Origin: Candidatus Iainarchaeum sp.
GTDB taxonomy: Archaea; B1Sed10-29; WALL01
NCBI GenBank assembly: GCA_023129115.1
Contig: JAGMCR010000003.1
Coordinates: 67,944-131,943 of the forward strand
DNA: 64,000 bases
Reading direction: 5' to 3'
Shown here one piece after another: positions 36,767-45,249 of this stretch (positions within the stretch are counted from its first letter, which is position 1; every line of letters begins with the position of its first letter). Under the pieces are notes generated by a model. That model was not told the DNA's origin. It did not search any database and was given only the letters and a program-made list of their open reading frames with translations. A program made the translations under genes and the position numbers.

Positions 36767-37540
36767 ATGGCAGGCAAGAAAGGCTCTGGCAAAAAAGGCT
36801 CTGGCAAAAGGAGGGTAAGGGATCCGATCACCTTCTACGTTGATTTGGTGGGCCGCAAGACCGCGAAGAGGGCAACAACCAATCTCCATAAGGACCTGAA
36901 GAAAATCAGGGGGCGGGTCAAGAAAATAGTCCGCGAGCATAACAAAGAGAGGAAGAAGCTCGCGAAAAACGACTTGAAGGGCCACATAGACCTGGTCCAA
37001 AACACCCTGCTCTACCTCTACGTCGCCAAGGCGTTCCAGGAGGGCCTGGTGGGGGATGCCCAGATCCACGTAAAGCAACAGAAGGAGCGTGACGAAGGAT
37101 TTGAAATGCCCAAGCCATTCACAACCAACCTCAATCTGCTTTCTGTGAAGCTCGGGAACCACATCATGGAGTTCGAGACGCACAAAGAAACACTCAACCA
37201 GAAGGCTGAAGAGCTTGAGCAGATGCTCGCGGAGCTGAATGCGTCTGCCGAAGAGATCGCAGAGATGCAGGAAGCAAAAGAGGAGTACGAGCCGCACCCC
37301 CGGGGCAAACTCGGCGGCCTCCCTGTTAGCCCAAGCGACATCCGCAAGACGATGGTCGAAGAAGCGCTCAGGTCTGGCAAGTCACCCGAAGAAATCAAAA
37401 AGATTACCGCCCAAACCGGATATTCAGGCATAAAGCTCCCAAGAAGGTATTCGGACACGAACTTCAAGAAGATTGCGTCACGCGTTAGGAAAATGGTTAA
37501 AGACGAGCAAGAGAAAAAATTGTATAAAAACAAGAGATAA
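36767..37540 (+). CDS. hypothetical charged coiled-coil protein
   Basis: about 257-aa ORF; no domain recognised. Confidence 0.5.
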   Translation: MAGKKGSGKKGSGKRRVRDPITFYVDLVGRKTAKRATTNLHKDLKKIRGRVKKIVREHNKERKKLAKNDLKGHIDLVQNTLLYLYVAKAFQEGLVGDAQIHVKQQKERDEGFEMPKPFTTNLNLLSVKLGNHIMEFETHKETLNQKAEELEQMLAELNASAEEIAEMQEAKEEYEPHPRGKLGGLPVSPSDIRKTMVEEALRSGKSPEEIKKITAQTGYSGIKLPRRYSDTNFKKIASRVRKMVKDEQEKKLYKNKR

Positions 37541-37543
37541 GGT

Positions 37544-37945
37544 TCACTCGACCCGCAGCCTCGCGGGGAAGTGCTGCTGGTCAGTGATTTTGTCGAACCT
37601 TTCGTCGTGCTCGCGCACGATTACGTCGAAGTCGTAGAACCCCGGCGTTATGTTGAACTTGCCGTAGATGCTGAACTTCGCCTCTTTTTTCTTTGTGGGG
37701 TCCACGTTCTTGATGCGTATGCGGTGCTCGCGCATCAATCCACTGCGGTCGAACCCAAACGCGAACGGCACCTTGACGCTGACGCTGTAGCTCTTGGTCT
37801 GCCTCCCACGGTTCCTTACCTCCACGCCCAGCGACACCGGCTCCTTCTGCCCCACAATCATCCTGATTGGGAGAAAGGAGGTCCGCACGTACATCCCGTT
37901 GTCTTTTTGCTCTTCCACATAAACACCGTACATTAATATACTCAC
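37544..37945 (-). CDS. hypothetical beta-rich protein
   Basis: 133-aa ORF; no domain recognised. Confidence 0.45.
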   Translation of the reverse strand: MSILMYGVYVEEQKDNGMYVRTSFLPIRMIVGQKEPVSLGVEVRNRGRQTKSYSVSVKVPFAFGFDRSGLMREHRIRIKNVDPTKKKEAKFSIYGKFNITPGFYDFDVIVREHDERFDKITDQQHFPARLRVE

Positions 37946-37964
37946 TGCGAGAATAAATACTTAC

Positions 37965-38411
37965 ATGGTGCCTGAAAAAGAGCTAATCAAGCGGGAATAC
38001 ACGGTGCGGGGCATGCGCCTCCCGAACGAGACCAAGCTCACGCGCCAGTCCCTATTGCGCTGGCTCTGCCTCTCGCTCGGCCTCTTGTCGCCGGACGAGT
38101 CACGCCAGAGCGTGCTCCCAATCATGGACTCTTTCCTCGAGCTCCAGTTCTCCGGGCAAAAGCCAACGGTCGCTGAACTGTCAGAGAAAAGCGGCCAGCC
38201 AGAAAAAGCAGTGCGCTACCACATGCACCGGCTCATGGCGATGGGCCTGGCCCAGGAAGAGAAGCGCCACTATTCTTTCGTGCTCGACTCGTCGTCCGAC
38301 TCACTCTCGCTGCCAAAGACATTCCGCGAGCATTACGCGGAATCCCTCTTGGCAAGCCTGTTTTCAATCGAGGGCGCGCTCAAGGAATTGCAGCGCTCGT
38401 ACGAGGGCTAG
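37965..38411 (+). CDS. hypothetical protein with a C-terminal wHTH (KAVRYHMHRLMAMGL)
   Basis: 148-aa ORF. Confidence 0.5.
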   Translation: MVPEKELIKREYTVRGMRLPNETKLTRQSLLRWLCLSLGLLSPDESRQSVLPIMDSFLELQFSGQKPTVAELSEKSGQPEKAVRYHMHRLMAMGLAQEEKRHYSFVLDSSSDSLSLPKTFREHYAESLLASLFSIEGALKELQRSYEG

Positions 38412-38840
38412 GTTAACCAGCGGGTTTCCCCCCACGAAACCACACAAAATTCAAAGCCATTCCCAACAGTTATTCCGCAAAACAAGCCCGATTTAACCTT
38501 GTTTCCCTGTTGGGAGTTGCATACCTCACTCCCAACACCAAAAACCACTTTCTCGTGCCCCTTCTCCTATCTCCTTCCCTCTCCGACCATAACTCGCTTT
38601 TCTCGGCAAGAAATAGCCACTGGAAACTATACTCTAAAACCATTATTATCAACAATACACTCCAAAAACTATAAGTAACAAACTATCAATCACAAACTAT
38701 ATTTTATTGTTTATACTTCTTGCCGTGGCCACTCACTTTGCCCCCCACACATAAACACCTCAACCGCCACAACACCGCAAAACCGCGTGCCACAGCGCTT
38801 TCCAGCCCCCCCTCCACCCAAAAACAAACATTAATCGAAA
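38412..38840. repeat. non-coding region sharing motif families with 34540-35340
   Basis: hairpin CTGTTGGGAGTTGCATACCTCACTCCCAACAC at 38507-38538; CCACTCACTTTGCCCCCC iteron; pyrimidine-rich tracts. Confidence 0.6.
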
Positions 38841-38842
38841 AG

Positions 38843-39433
38843 TTATTGCGAAGGGGCGGTTTTTGATTTGATTTCGTCCATCAACTTATCATCCAAAAAG
38901 GTAAGAACATTGAGTGGGTATTTTTCCAGGTAGTCAAGGGTGTTGTCCCAAACATCATGTTTGGCCCGTATGCTCTCTATCAGTTCTTTTTGGTGTTGCC
39001 TGAATTCTTCTAGTTCGATTAGTTTCATTCTCCGTCTTTCTTCAGCTGTTGGCTCGGGTTCTGGCCCGTACTCCTCAAGGTCAACGCTTTTGGCTTCCAC
39101 TACGTTGTTGCGGATGCCGTTTAATGTTTTTTCTGCTGTTTTTTTTAATTCCACCAAGGTAGCATGGACTTCCTTCCATTCTTCGGTTGTGCCCCCTGTT
39201 CCCCCCATTTTTTCGAACTGGCCACTCAATTCGGCTTCGGCGTACTTCAATTTGTTTTGCAGGCGCTCGTGATGGCGGAGCAGTTGTGCGTAGGGGTCGA
39301 TCCCACGGTTTTTAAATATCCACCCCCCCAGCTCTGGCTTAAACGGCTGGAATAACTCCATGACGTGGCTTTTTATTTTACGCATTTCGCCTATCTTGTT
39401 TTGGCTGTGGGCTTCGGAGGGCTTCAGCTCCAT
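38843..39433 (-). CDS. hypothetical coiled-coil protein
   Basis: 196-aa ORF; no domain recognised. Confidence 0.5.
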   Translation of the reverse strand: MELKPSEAHSQNKIGEMRKIKSHVMELFQPFKPELGGWIFKNRGIDPYAQLLRHHERLQNKLKYAEAELSGQFEKMGGTGGTTEEWKEVHATLVELKKTAEKTLNGIRNNVVEAKSVDLEEYGPEPEPTAEERRRMKLIELEEFRQHQKELIESIRAKHDVWDNTLDYLEKYPLNVLTFLDDKLMDEIKSKTAPSQ

Positions 39434-39787
39434 ACACCCATTTACACGCCACGCCTATAAAAACATCAGCACTCCCAACCCCCCAGTGGTGTTCAAGGCC
39501 CCCCACCCCCGGGTAAACGCCCTTTCTGGAGAGCGTTTCGAGGCAGCCACCACTGTCCAGGAAAAGGCCTTCGCCCGCACCAAAAGGTACTGGGCTTAGT
39601 TTTTTAAACCCTCTTTCCGTTACCAACCAGCATGCCCGACTTTATCGGCTACCACATGGACCTGAAGCAGTTCACGACTCCAGAGCTAAAGAAAGTCCTC
39701 CGCGAGAAGAAGTACTTGAACGTGTGGTCTTATTCCAGAATCCAGGACGAGCTCCTCCGCCGCGGCGAGGGGTATTACCGGGACTAG

Positions 39788-41698
39788 CTACTTCAGCCTA
39801 ATCGAGTCCAAATTCCTGGGCGTGTTCGTCTCGACCCTGCTGGAGTACCCCAGCGTCTTCGCGAGCGCGGTGCAGCTCTTTTCGTCGCCGTGCACTGTAA
39901 TCACCCTCTCTGGCCTGGGCGCCAGTTTCTTGAAGAAATTAACTAGTTGGTTCCTGTCGCTGTGGCCCGAAAAGCCCTCAATCGTCTCAATCTGCATCTT
40001 GACCTCGACGGCTTTGGTCCTGCCGCCGATGTTCAGCGGAATGGTCTTGCTGCCCCCCATCCTCCGCATTCCAATAGTCTGTATCTTCCTGCCGAGCGAG
40101 CCCTCGCCCTGGTAGCCGACAAAAATTATCTTGTTCTGGGTGTTCTCGCAAAGGTTCTTGAAGTACTCGACCGACGGCCCGCCGCTCATCATTCCCGAGG
40201 GCGAGAGGAACACGCTGCTCTTCTCGTCCGCGAGGCCCTCGCGCTTCGTCTTGTCGACCTCAATGAAAATATCAGAGTCGAACGGCGAGTTGTTGTGCAG
40301 AATCCTCTTCTTGACATTGCGCCGCATGAACTCCGGGTAAGCAGTGTGTATCGCGCTCGCCTCGCGTGTCATGCCGTCGATGTAAATAGGTATGTCCCAG
40401 CTGTTGCGCTTCGCGTACTCCTCGAGCACCAGCATTATTTCCTGCGCCCTCCCAATCGCGAACACTGGAATAAGCACTGACCCGCCGCGCTCGCACGTCT
40501 GCTTGATGCTCTGGATGAGCCGCTTGTCCGACACGTACCTCGGCGGCATTATGTCCCTCGGCCCGCCGTACGTCGACTCAATAATAAGCGTCTCCAGCCG
40601 CGGGTACCGGGTGTGCACATTGTCGAACAATTTCGTGTACCCGAACTTGAAGTCCCCGGTGTACAATAAGTTGTGCACGCCCTGGCCGATGTGCAGGTGC
40701 GCGCTCGCCGAGCCCATGATGTGCCCGGCGTTGTGGAGGGTGAGCCGCATGTCTGGCGAGATGTCCGTGACCTCGCCGTAGTCCCTCGTAATCACGTACT
40801 TCATGGTTTTCTTGACGTCCTTGTCCTTGTAGGGCGGGTCAATCCCCTCCTTCTTCAGCACGCTGATGTAGTCGAGCTGCAGCAGCGCCATCAGGTCCCG
40901 GGTCGGCGCAGTGCAATAAGTCGGCCCGCTGAACCCGTACTGGTAGAGGTACGGGACAAAGCCCGAGTGGTCGAGGTGCGCGTGCGAGACAATCACAGCG
41001 TCCAGCTCGTCAATCGCGAAGTTAATCGACCCCAGGTGCGGATACGCGCGGTCCCTTGACGCAACATTAATCCCGCAGTCCAGCAGTATCTTTGACTCGG
41101 GCGTCTCCAGCAGGAAGCAGCTCCTGCCGACTTCCCTCGCGCCGCCGAGGGGCGTGAGCCTGACCCAGTCAGTGCCCTTGGTGTCGTTGCGGTAGATGCG
41201 CGACGCGGTCTCCTTGAGGAACTTGGCCCGCTCCTTGTTCTCCTTGAGCAGTGTGTACCTGATTCCCTTGATTACGGGGGAGGGCTGCGTCGGCACCCGC
41301 AGTATCCTTGGGTACCACCCAGTCTCAATCGTTATCGCCTTCAATGTAGACCCATGCTTCCCAATTACGAGCCCGGGCTTCTTGGCCTCAATCACGACTT
41401 CGTTGAACTCGCTGTCGAACCCGAGGTCATCAATCCCCGCCTCGCGTGGGACCAGCTCCTGCATCCTTTTCTTGGCTGCCTCTGGGTCCATGAGCATGGA
41501 GTTGTCCGAGCGGATGTGTACCCGCTTCTTGAGCTGCCCCGCGAGTGACTTCACGAGCCCCTCTGTCTCCAGGAACAGCCTCATGTTCCGTGTGTACACG
41601 ACGACCTCTGACGCAAGCATGGCTACCTTTGTGACCATGGCGTCCGCTGGCACTATTTCCTGGACTTTTTTCTCCATTTGCTTGGCGATTTCTGACAT
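39788..41698 (-). CDS. archaeal CPSF1-type beta-CASP ribonuclease (FttA; KH domains + metallo-beta-lactamase + beta-CASP)
   Basis: 636 aa; N-terminal KH region and the HxHxDH motif VSHAHLDHSG; length and collinearity typical of aCPSF1. Confidence 0.9.
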   Translation of the reverse strand: MSEIAKQMEKKVQEIVPADAMVTKVAMLASEVVVYTRNMRLFLETEGLVKSLAGQLKKRVHIRSDNSMLMDPEAAKKRMQELVPREAGIDDLGFDSEFNEVVIEAKKPGLVIGKHGSTLKAITIETGWYPRILRVPTQPSPVIKGIRYTLLKENKERAKFLKETASRIYRNDTKGTDWVRLTPLGGAREVGRSCFLLETPESKILLDCGINVASRDRAYPHLGSINFAIDELDAVIVSHAHLDHSGFVPYLYQYGFSGPTYCTAPTRDLMALLQLDYISVLKKEGIDPPYKDKDVKKTMKYVITRDYGEVTDISPDMRLTLHNAGHIMGSASAHLHIGQGVHNLLYTGDFKFGYTKLFDNVHTRYPRLETLIIESTYGGPRDIMPPRYVSDKRLIQSIKQTCERGGSVLIPVFAIGRAQEIMLVLEEYAKRNSWDIPIYIDGMTREASAIHTAYPEFMRRNVKKRILHNNSPFDSDIFIEVDKTKREGLADEKSSVFLSPSGMMSGGPSVEYFKNLCENTQNKIIFVGYQGEGSLGRKIQTIGMRRMGGSKTIPLNIGGRTKAVEVKMQIETIEGFSGHSDRNQLVNFFKKLAPRPERVITVHGDEKSCTALAKTLGYSSRVETNTPRNLDSIRLK

Positions 41699-41741
41699 AA
41701 GCTAGCCTCTACTAACCCTTGTCCGTGGGTTGGCTGGAGCC

Positions 41742-42350
41742 TTATTTTAGGTATGGCGCTGGGTCGATTTTCTTGTAGCCGCTCTTGGTAATTGCCACTA
41801 GCTTGATGTTGTTGCCGGAGAAGGCGTCCCTCTCCAGAGCAGACTTTATCGCCTTAACGGCGACTGGAACATTTTCGTCCACGGTCCCGCCCTCGCTGTA
41901 CTGTGCCTCAAGCAATCCATAGGCAAACGGCGAGCCGCTGCCCGTCGCAACGACTTTTTCCTCGAGCGCGCTCCCCACTGCGTCGAGCGAGTACAGCCTC
42001 GGCCCGGTATCGTAGCCGCCGATTAGGAGCTGCACCCAGTACGGGAACCACTTGTTGCCGTGGAGTATGTTGGACAGCAGCGACACTGCCGCGTCCACTT
42101 TCATGGGGTGGTCCCTCTCAATCTGGTAGAGGTTGGTCTCCACCTGCATGATGCGCACCAGCTTCTGGGCGTCGGCCACGCTCCCCGCGGTCGTCATCCA
42201 GATGTGGTCCTGTAGCCGGAATATCTTGGGCGTATCCTTGTTGGCAATGAGGTTGCCCATGGTCGCCCGGCTCTCGGACGCGAGAATAACCCCGTCCTTG
42301 CACTTGAGGCCCAGGGTCGTGGTGCCATGCTTCGTGTTTTCTTTGTCCAC
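41742..42350 (-). CDS. psmB: proteasome beta subunit
   Basis: 202 aa; propeptide followed by TTTLGLKCKDGVILASE (catalytic Thr). Confidence 0.9.
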   Translation of the reverse strand: MDKENTKHGTTTLGLKCKDGVILASESRATMGNLIANKDTPKIFRLQDHIWMTTAGSVADAQKLVRIMQVETNLYQIERDHPMKVDAAVSLLSNILHGNKWFPYWVQLLIGGYDTGPRLYSLDAVGSALEEKVVATGSGSPFAYGLLEAQYSEGGTVDENVPVAVKAIKSALERDAFSGNNIKLVAITKSGYKKIDPAPYLK

Positions 42351-42417
42351 TAACTACTCACCTTTAATGACTAAAAGAACAAGACCAGCCTATTGTTGGT
42401 CTCACCATATAAAAACA

Positions 42418-43104
42418 TTATGCCTTTTTGTACTCTTCTACGAATTCCACGCTCATTTCGGGCAACCTGCTGGTCACCTGCGTGATGAAGTACGCCTTTG
42501 CCTGGCCATACCTCTTGGTGGCCAGCAGCTCGGTTTTGGGCGTTGCGATGACTTTTTTGCCCTTCAGCTCGAGCTTGAGGTCTTTCTCCCCGAAGAACTG
42601 GCTGGCGAGGGCCCGGACCTTTTCCTCTGTCTTGGCGAGCACGTCAACAAGCTTTATCTCGAAGTCAAGCGTCCTGCCGGCGAGCTCGTGGTTGAAGTCC
42701 ACCCTCACCCTCCCGCCGGAAACGCTCTGCACCCTCGCGGTCATATTATCTAATTGAACCGGCATGCCCGGGAACGGGTTCAGCTTATTGTCGGTGAAGA
42801 TTTTGAGGGGCACAATCTTGATGAGCTTTGGGTCCCTCGGGCCGTACGCCTCCTCTGGCGGAATCGTGAGCTTCTTCTCCCCGCCCTTTTCCATGCCAAT
42901 CAATGCATTGTCCAGCCCGGGGATGAGGTCCCCCTTTCCGGCGACTATGACGAGTGGCTTGTACACTTGCTCCTTGATGTAGATGCTGTTCTTCTTCGCA
43001 GCGCCTTCCACGGTGGTGTCGAAGACTTTGCCGTCCGTGCTTCCGGTGTAGTCCAGGAGAACAAAGTCGCCTTCTTTTACGCCCATGCGGCTCCTATTCT
43101 GCAT
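42418..43104 (-). CDS. long-type FKBP peptidyl-prolyl cis-trans isomerase
   Basis: GDFVLLDYTG...LIPGLDNALIGMEKGGEK FKBP core plus an insertion / C-terminal domain. Confidence 0.85.
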   Translation of the reverse strand: MQNRSRMGVKEGDFVLLDYTGSTDGKVFDTTVEGAAKKNSIYIKEQVYKPLVIVAGKGDLIPGLDNALIGMEKGGEKKLTIPPEEAYGPRDPKLIKIVPLKIFTDNKLNPFPGMPVQLDNMTARVQSVSGGRVRVDFNHELAGRTLDFEIKLVDVLAKTEEKVRALASQFFGEKDLKLELKGKKVIATPKTELLATKRYGQAKAYFITQVTSRLPEMSVEFVEEYKKA

Positions 43105-43142
43105 GATAACCTATTTAAACGTTAGCCCCCACAATCCAGCGC

Positions 43143-43742
43143 ATGGTTTCGCGGGCGCAGCTAATTGTCGTAACAGCCATAGTGGCCATCGGCCTAATGG
43201 GCCCAATGGCTTTCATCGCGCAGGAGGCCGCGAAGAACCCGGCGGAAGAGGCGGCAGAGGCCACGAAGCCGGTGCAGCAGACAGTCCAGCTGTCCCAGGT
43301 CATAGAGCTTGAGGCAATCGTGACCGCAGAAATCACCCGAGTCGACCCCATACTGGTCGCGGTCGTGGCATCGGATTTTGGGGACAACGAGACCGTCGCC
43401 ATTCTCTCCAACCTCTCAAGCGCCGGGCTCGACTCAATTGATGGCGAGGGCCATGTCTTCCGCGCGGTTTTCATGCTCGCCGACCCCACAGAATACTCCA
43501 TTGTCCTCGGCGAGCTCGCCGGCCTGAACATGACTGTGGTGGACCAGGGCATGACCGCACAAATCATTCTCCCCAAGACCTATACCGCGTACCGCGGCGG
43601 CCATGAGTACACTCTTTCCACGCTCCCGTCTGACGAGGTCACTGCAATCATTTCGGGCGAGGCACAGTCCGGCCCCGCAGAGTTCAGCCTCAAGATAACC
43701 AAATCGGGCGAACAGAAAAAGATTGTGGCTGTCGAGAACTAG
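43143..43742 (+). CDS. hypothetical protein with an N-terminal signal/anchor
   Basis: 199-aa ORF; N-terminal hydrophobic segment. Confidence 0.5.
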   Translation: MVSRAQLIVVTAIVAIGLMGPMAFIAQEAAKNPAEEAAEATKPVQQTVQLSQVIELEAIVTAEITRVDPILVAVVASDFGDNETVAILSNLSSAGLDSIDGEGHVFRAVFMLADPTEYSIVLGELAGLNMTVVDQGMTAQIILPKTYTAYRGGHEYTLSTLPSDEVTAIISGEAQSGPAEFSLKITKSGEQKKIVAVEN

Positions 43743-44065
43743 CCCTTCAGCGCCATTATCGCTTCGGCGATGTCTCCACTGCTTTTTTCCAGCGCGGCCC
43801 TGGCCTTCTCCTCGTCGGCCCCGGCCTGCTCCATCACCATCTTGACGTCTTCTTCTGACGGGCCAATCCCCCTTTCACTAATGTCGCCCATCACCTGAAA
43901 CGTCTTGGTGCCCTGCATATCGATTTCGATGACCTTGGGGTTCGAGACAACGATTTCCCTGCCCTCGGCCTTTATCACCACTTCGTCTGCGTTGATTTCC
44001 TTCTGCTTTATGCCCATTGCCTTCATGGCCTGGGCCATTTTCCTTGGGTCCATTCCTGGCATCAT
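43739..44065 (-). CDS. nac: nascent polypeptide-associated complex protein (NAC domain + UBA)
   Basis: 108 aa; NAC domain VVIKAEGREIVVSNPKV and a C-terminal UBA-like EEKARAALEKSSGDIAEAIMAL. Confidence 0.85.
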   Translation of the reverse strand: MMPGMDPRKMAQAMKAMGIKQKEINADEVVIKAEGREIVVSNPKVIEIDMQGTKTFQVMGDISERGIGPSEEDVKMVMEQAGADEEKARAALEKSSGDIAEAIMALKG

Positions 44066-44119
44066 GGTCTATCCTTTTACACAAAAGCTATTAAATACCT
44101 TCCGCGTTAGTTTCCCACA

Positions 44120-44764
44120 ATGGCCATTACCATCGGCAGCTTCGCCGAGTTCAAAAAGCTCGTCCCCAAGGACATGGCTGACTCCCACTCATCGCGCCAG
44201 GCGGCGGTCGAGACCTACCTCGCCATGGGCGGAGTCACCAAGTTCAAGAAGACGGGTGGCTTCCCGGTCCTCGTCTACCCAACGCCGAAGCGGCTCGGGG
44301 ACCAAATCCGCGAGGCAGAAAAGAAAATCGCGGGCTGGGACAAGTCCCTCGGCGACTGGCACCGCAGGCACAAGCACCTGAAGACAGATAAAATCACTGA
44401 CGTGGCCAAGCGCGCCGCCGACCCCCTGTACTGGGAGCACCGCGCCAAGCTCCTGACCGACCCGGCGTACCGCGCGACGCACGACCTGGTCCGCCCGCCG
44501 ATGCACCTGCTGCACCGCGAGAAGTGGCGCAAGCGCCTAAAGCTATTCATCCGCTCCAAGGAATACCGCCTCCGCCTCCACGAGGCACGTGTCTCTTCCA
44601 TCGGAAAGAAGCGCGCCCCCATGACAGAAGAAGTCGAGGCGCGGCTGGACTTCAACCGGCAGATGGCCCAGAACGAGCTAAAGAAAATTGAGGAAAAGCG
44701 CAACAAGCTAAAGAAAAAGCTCGGCGCGATGAAAACGCTGCTCGCCTGGTCAAAATCGGCTTAA
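44120..44764 (+). CDS. hypothetical basic protein
   Basis: 214-aa ORF; no domain recognised. Confidence 0.5.
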   Translation: MAITIGSFAEFKKLVPKDMADSHSSRQAAVETYLAMGGVTKFKKTGGFPVLVYPTPKRLGDQIREAEKKIAGWDKSLGDWHRRHKHLKTDKITDVAKRAADPLYWEHRAKLLTDPAYRATHDLVRPPMHLLHREKWRKRLKLFIRSKEYRLRLHEARVSSIGKKRAPMTEEVEARLDFNRQMAQNELKKIEEKRNKLKKKLGAMKTLLAWSKSA

Positions 44765-44995
44765 ACTAAGCCGGCACGTTGGACTAAAGCGGAGGCAAGC
44801 CTCCGCAAATAGGCAGGCTACAACAAAGCGGAAAAGCTCGGCCAAATCAGCGCCAAAAATGGCTTGAGCTAAGCCGGCACGTTAGACTTGGGGGGCGCCA
44901 ATTGGCGCCCCCCAGAGGCAGGTCCCCGCCAATAGGCTGGTCATAACAAAGCGGCGAAGCCCGGCCAAATCAACGCCAAAAACGGCTTCTGCTCG
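44763..44995. repeat. two tandem ~105-125-bp direct repeats, each with an internal GC hairpin, between convergent genes
   Basis: both units start TAAGCCGGCACGTT(G/A)GACT and end AATAGGC.GG..ACAACAAAGCGG..AAG.CCGGCCAAATCA.CGCCAAAAA.GGCTT; hairpins GCGGAGGCAAGCCTCCGC in unit 1 and GGGGGGCGCCAATTGGCGCCCCCC in unit 2. Confidence 0.7.
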
Positions 44996-45162
44996 AACGT
45001 GTATGCAAGCACTTCCAGCAGCGTCGGTATCCCAATCGCGAGCAGGAAGGGCACCATGGGCATCTTTTCCAGGCCATAGCCCTTGCCCTCGTCAATTATC
45101 GCGAGCACCACCCCCCACACCAGCACGTTCAAAAGCCACGAAAGCACGTAAGTAAATGCCAT
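44941..45162 (-). CDS. hypothetical small membrane protein
   Basis: 73 aa, two hydrophobic helices. Confidence 0.4.
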   Translation of the reverse strand: MAFTYVLSWLLNVLVWGVVLAIIDEGKGYGLEKMPMVPFLLAIGIPTLLEVLAYTFEQKPFLALIWPGFAALL

Positions 45163-45249
45163 GAGCCAACTATACGCCCAAGCTTAATATTCTTTCTCGG
45201 CAACCCGTAACGCCCCTCCTTTTAAAGCCCCCGAACCCCAACTTTTGCC

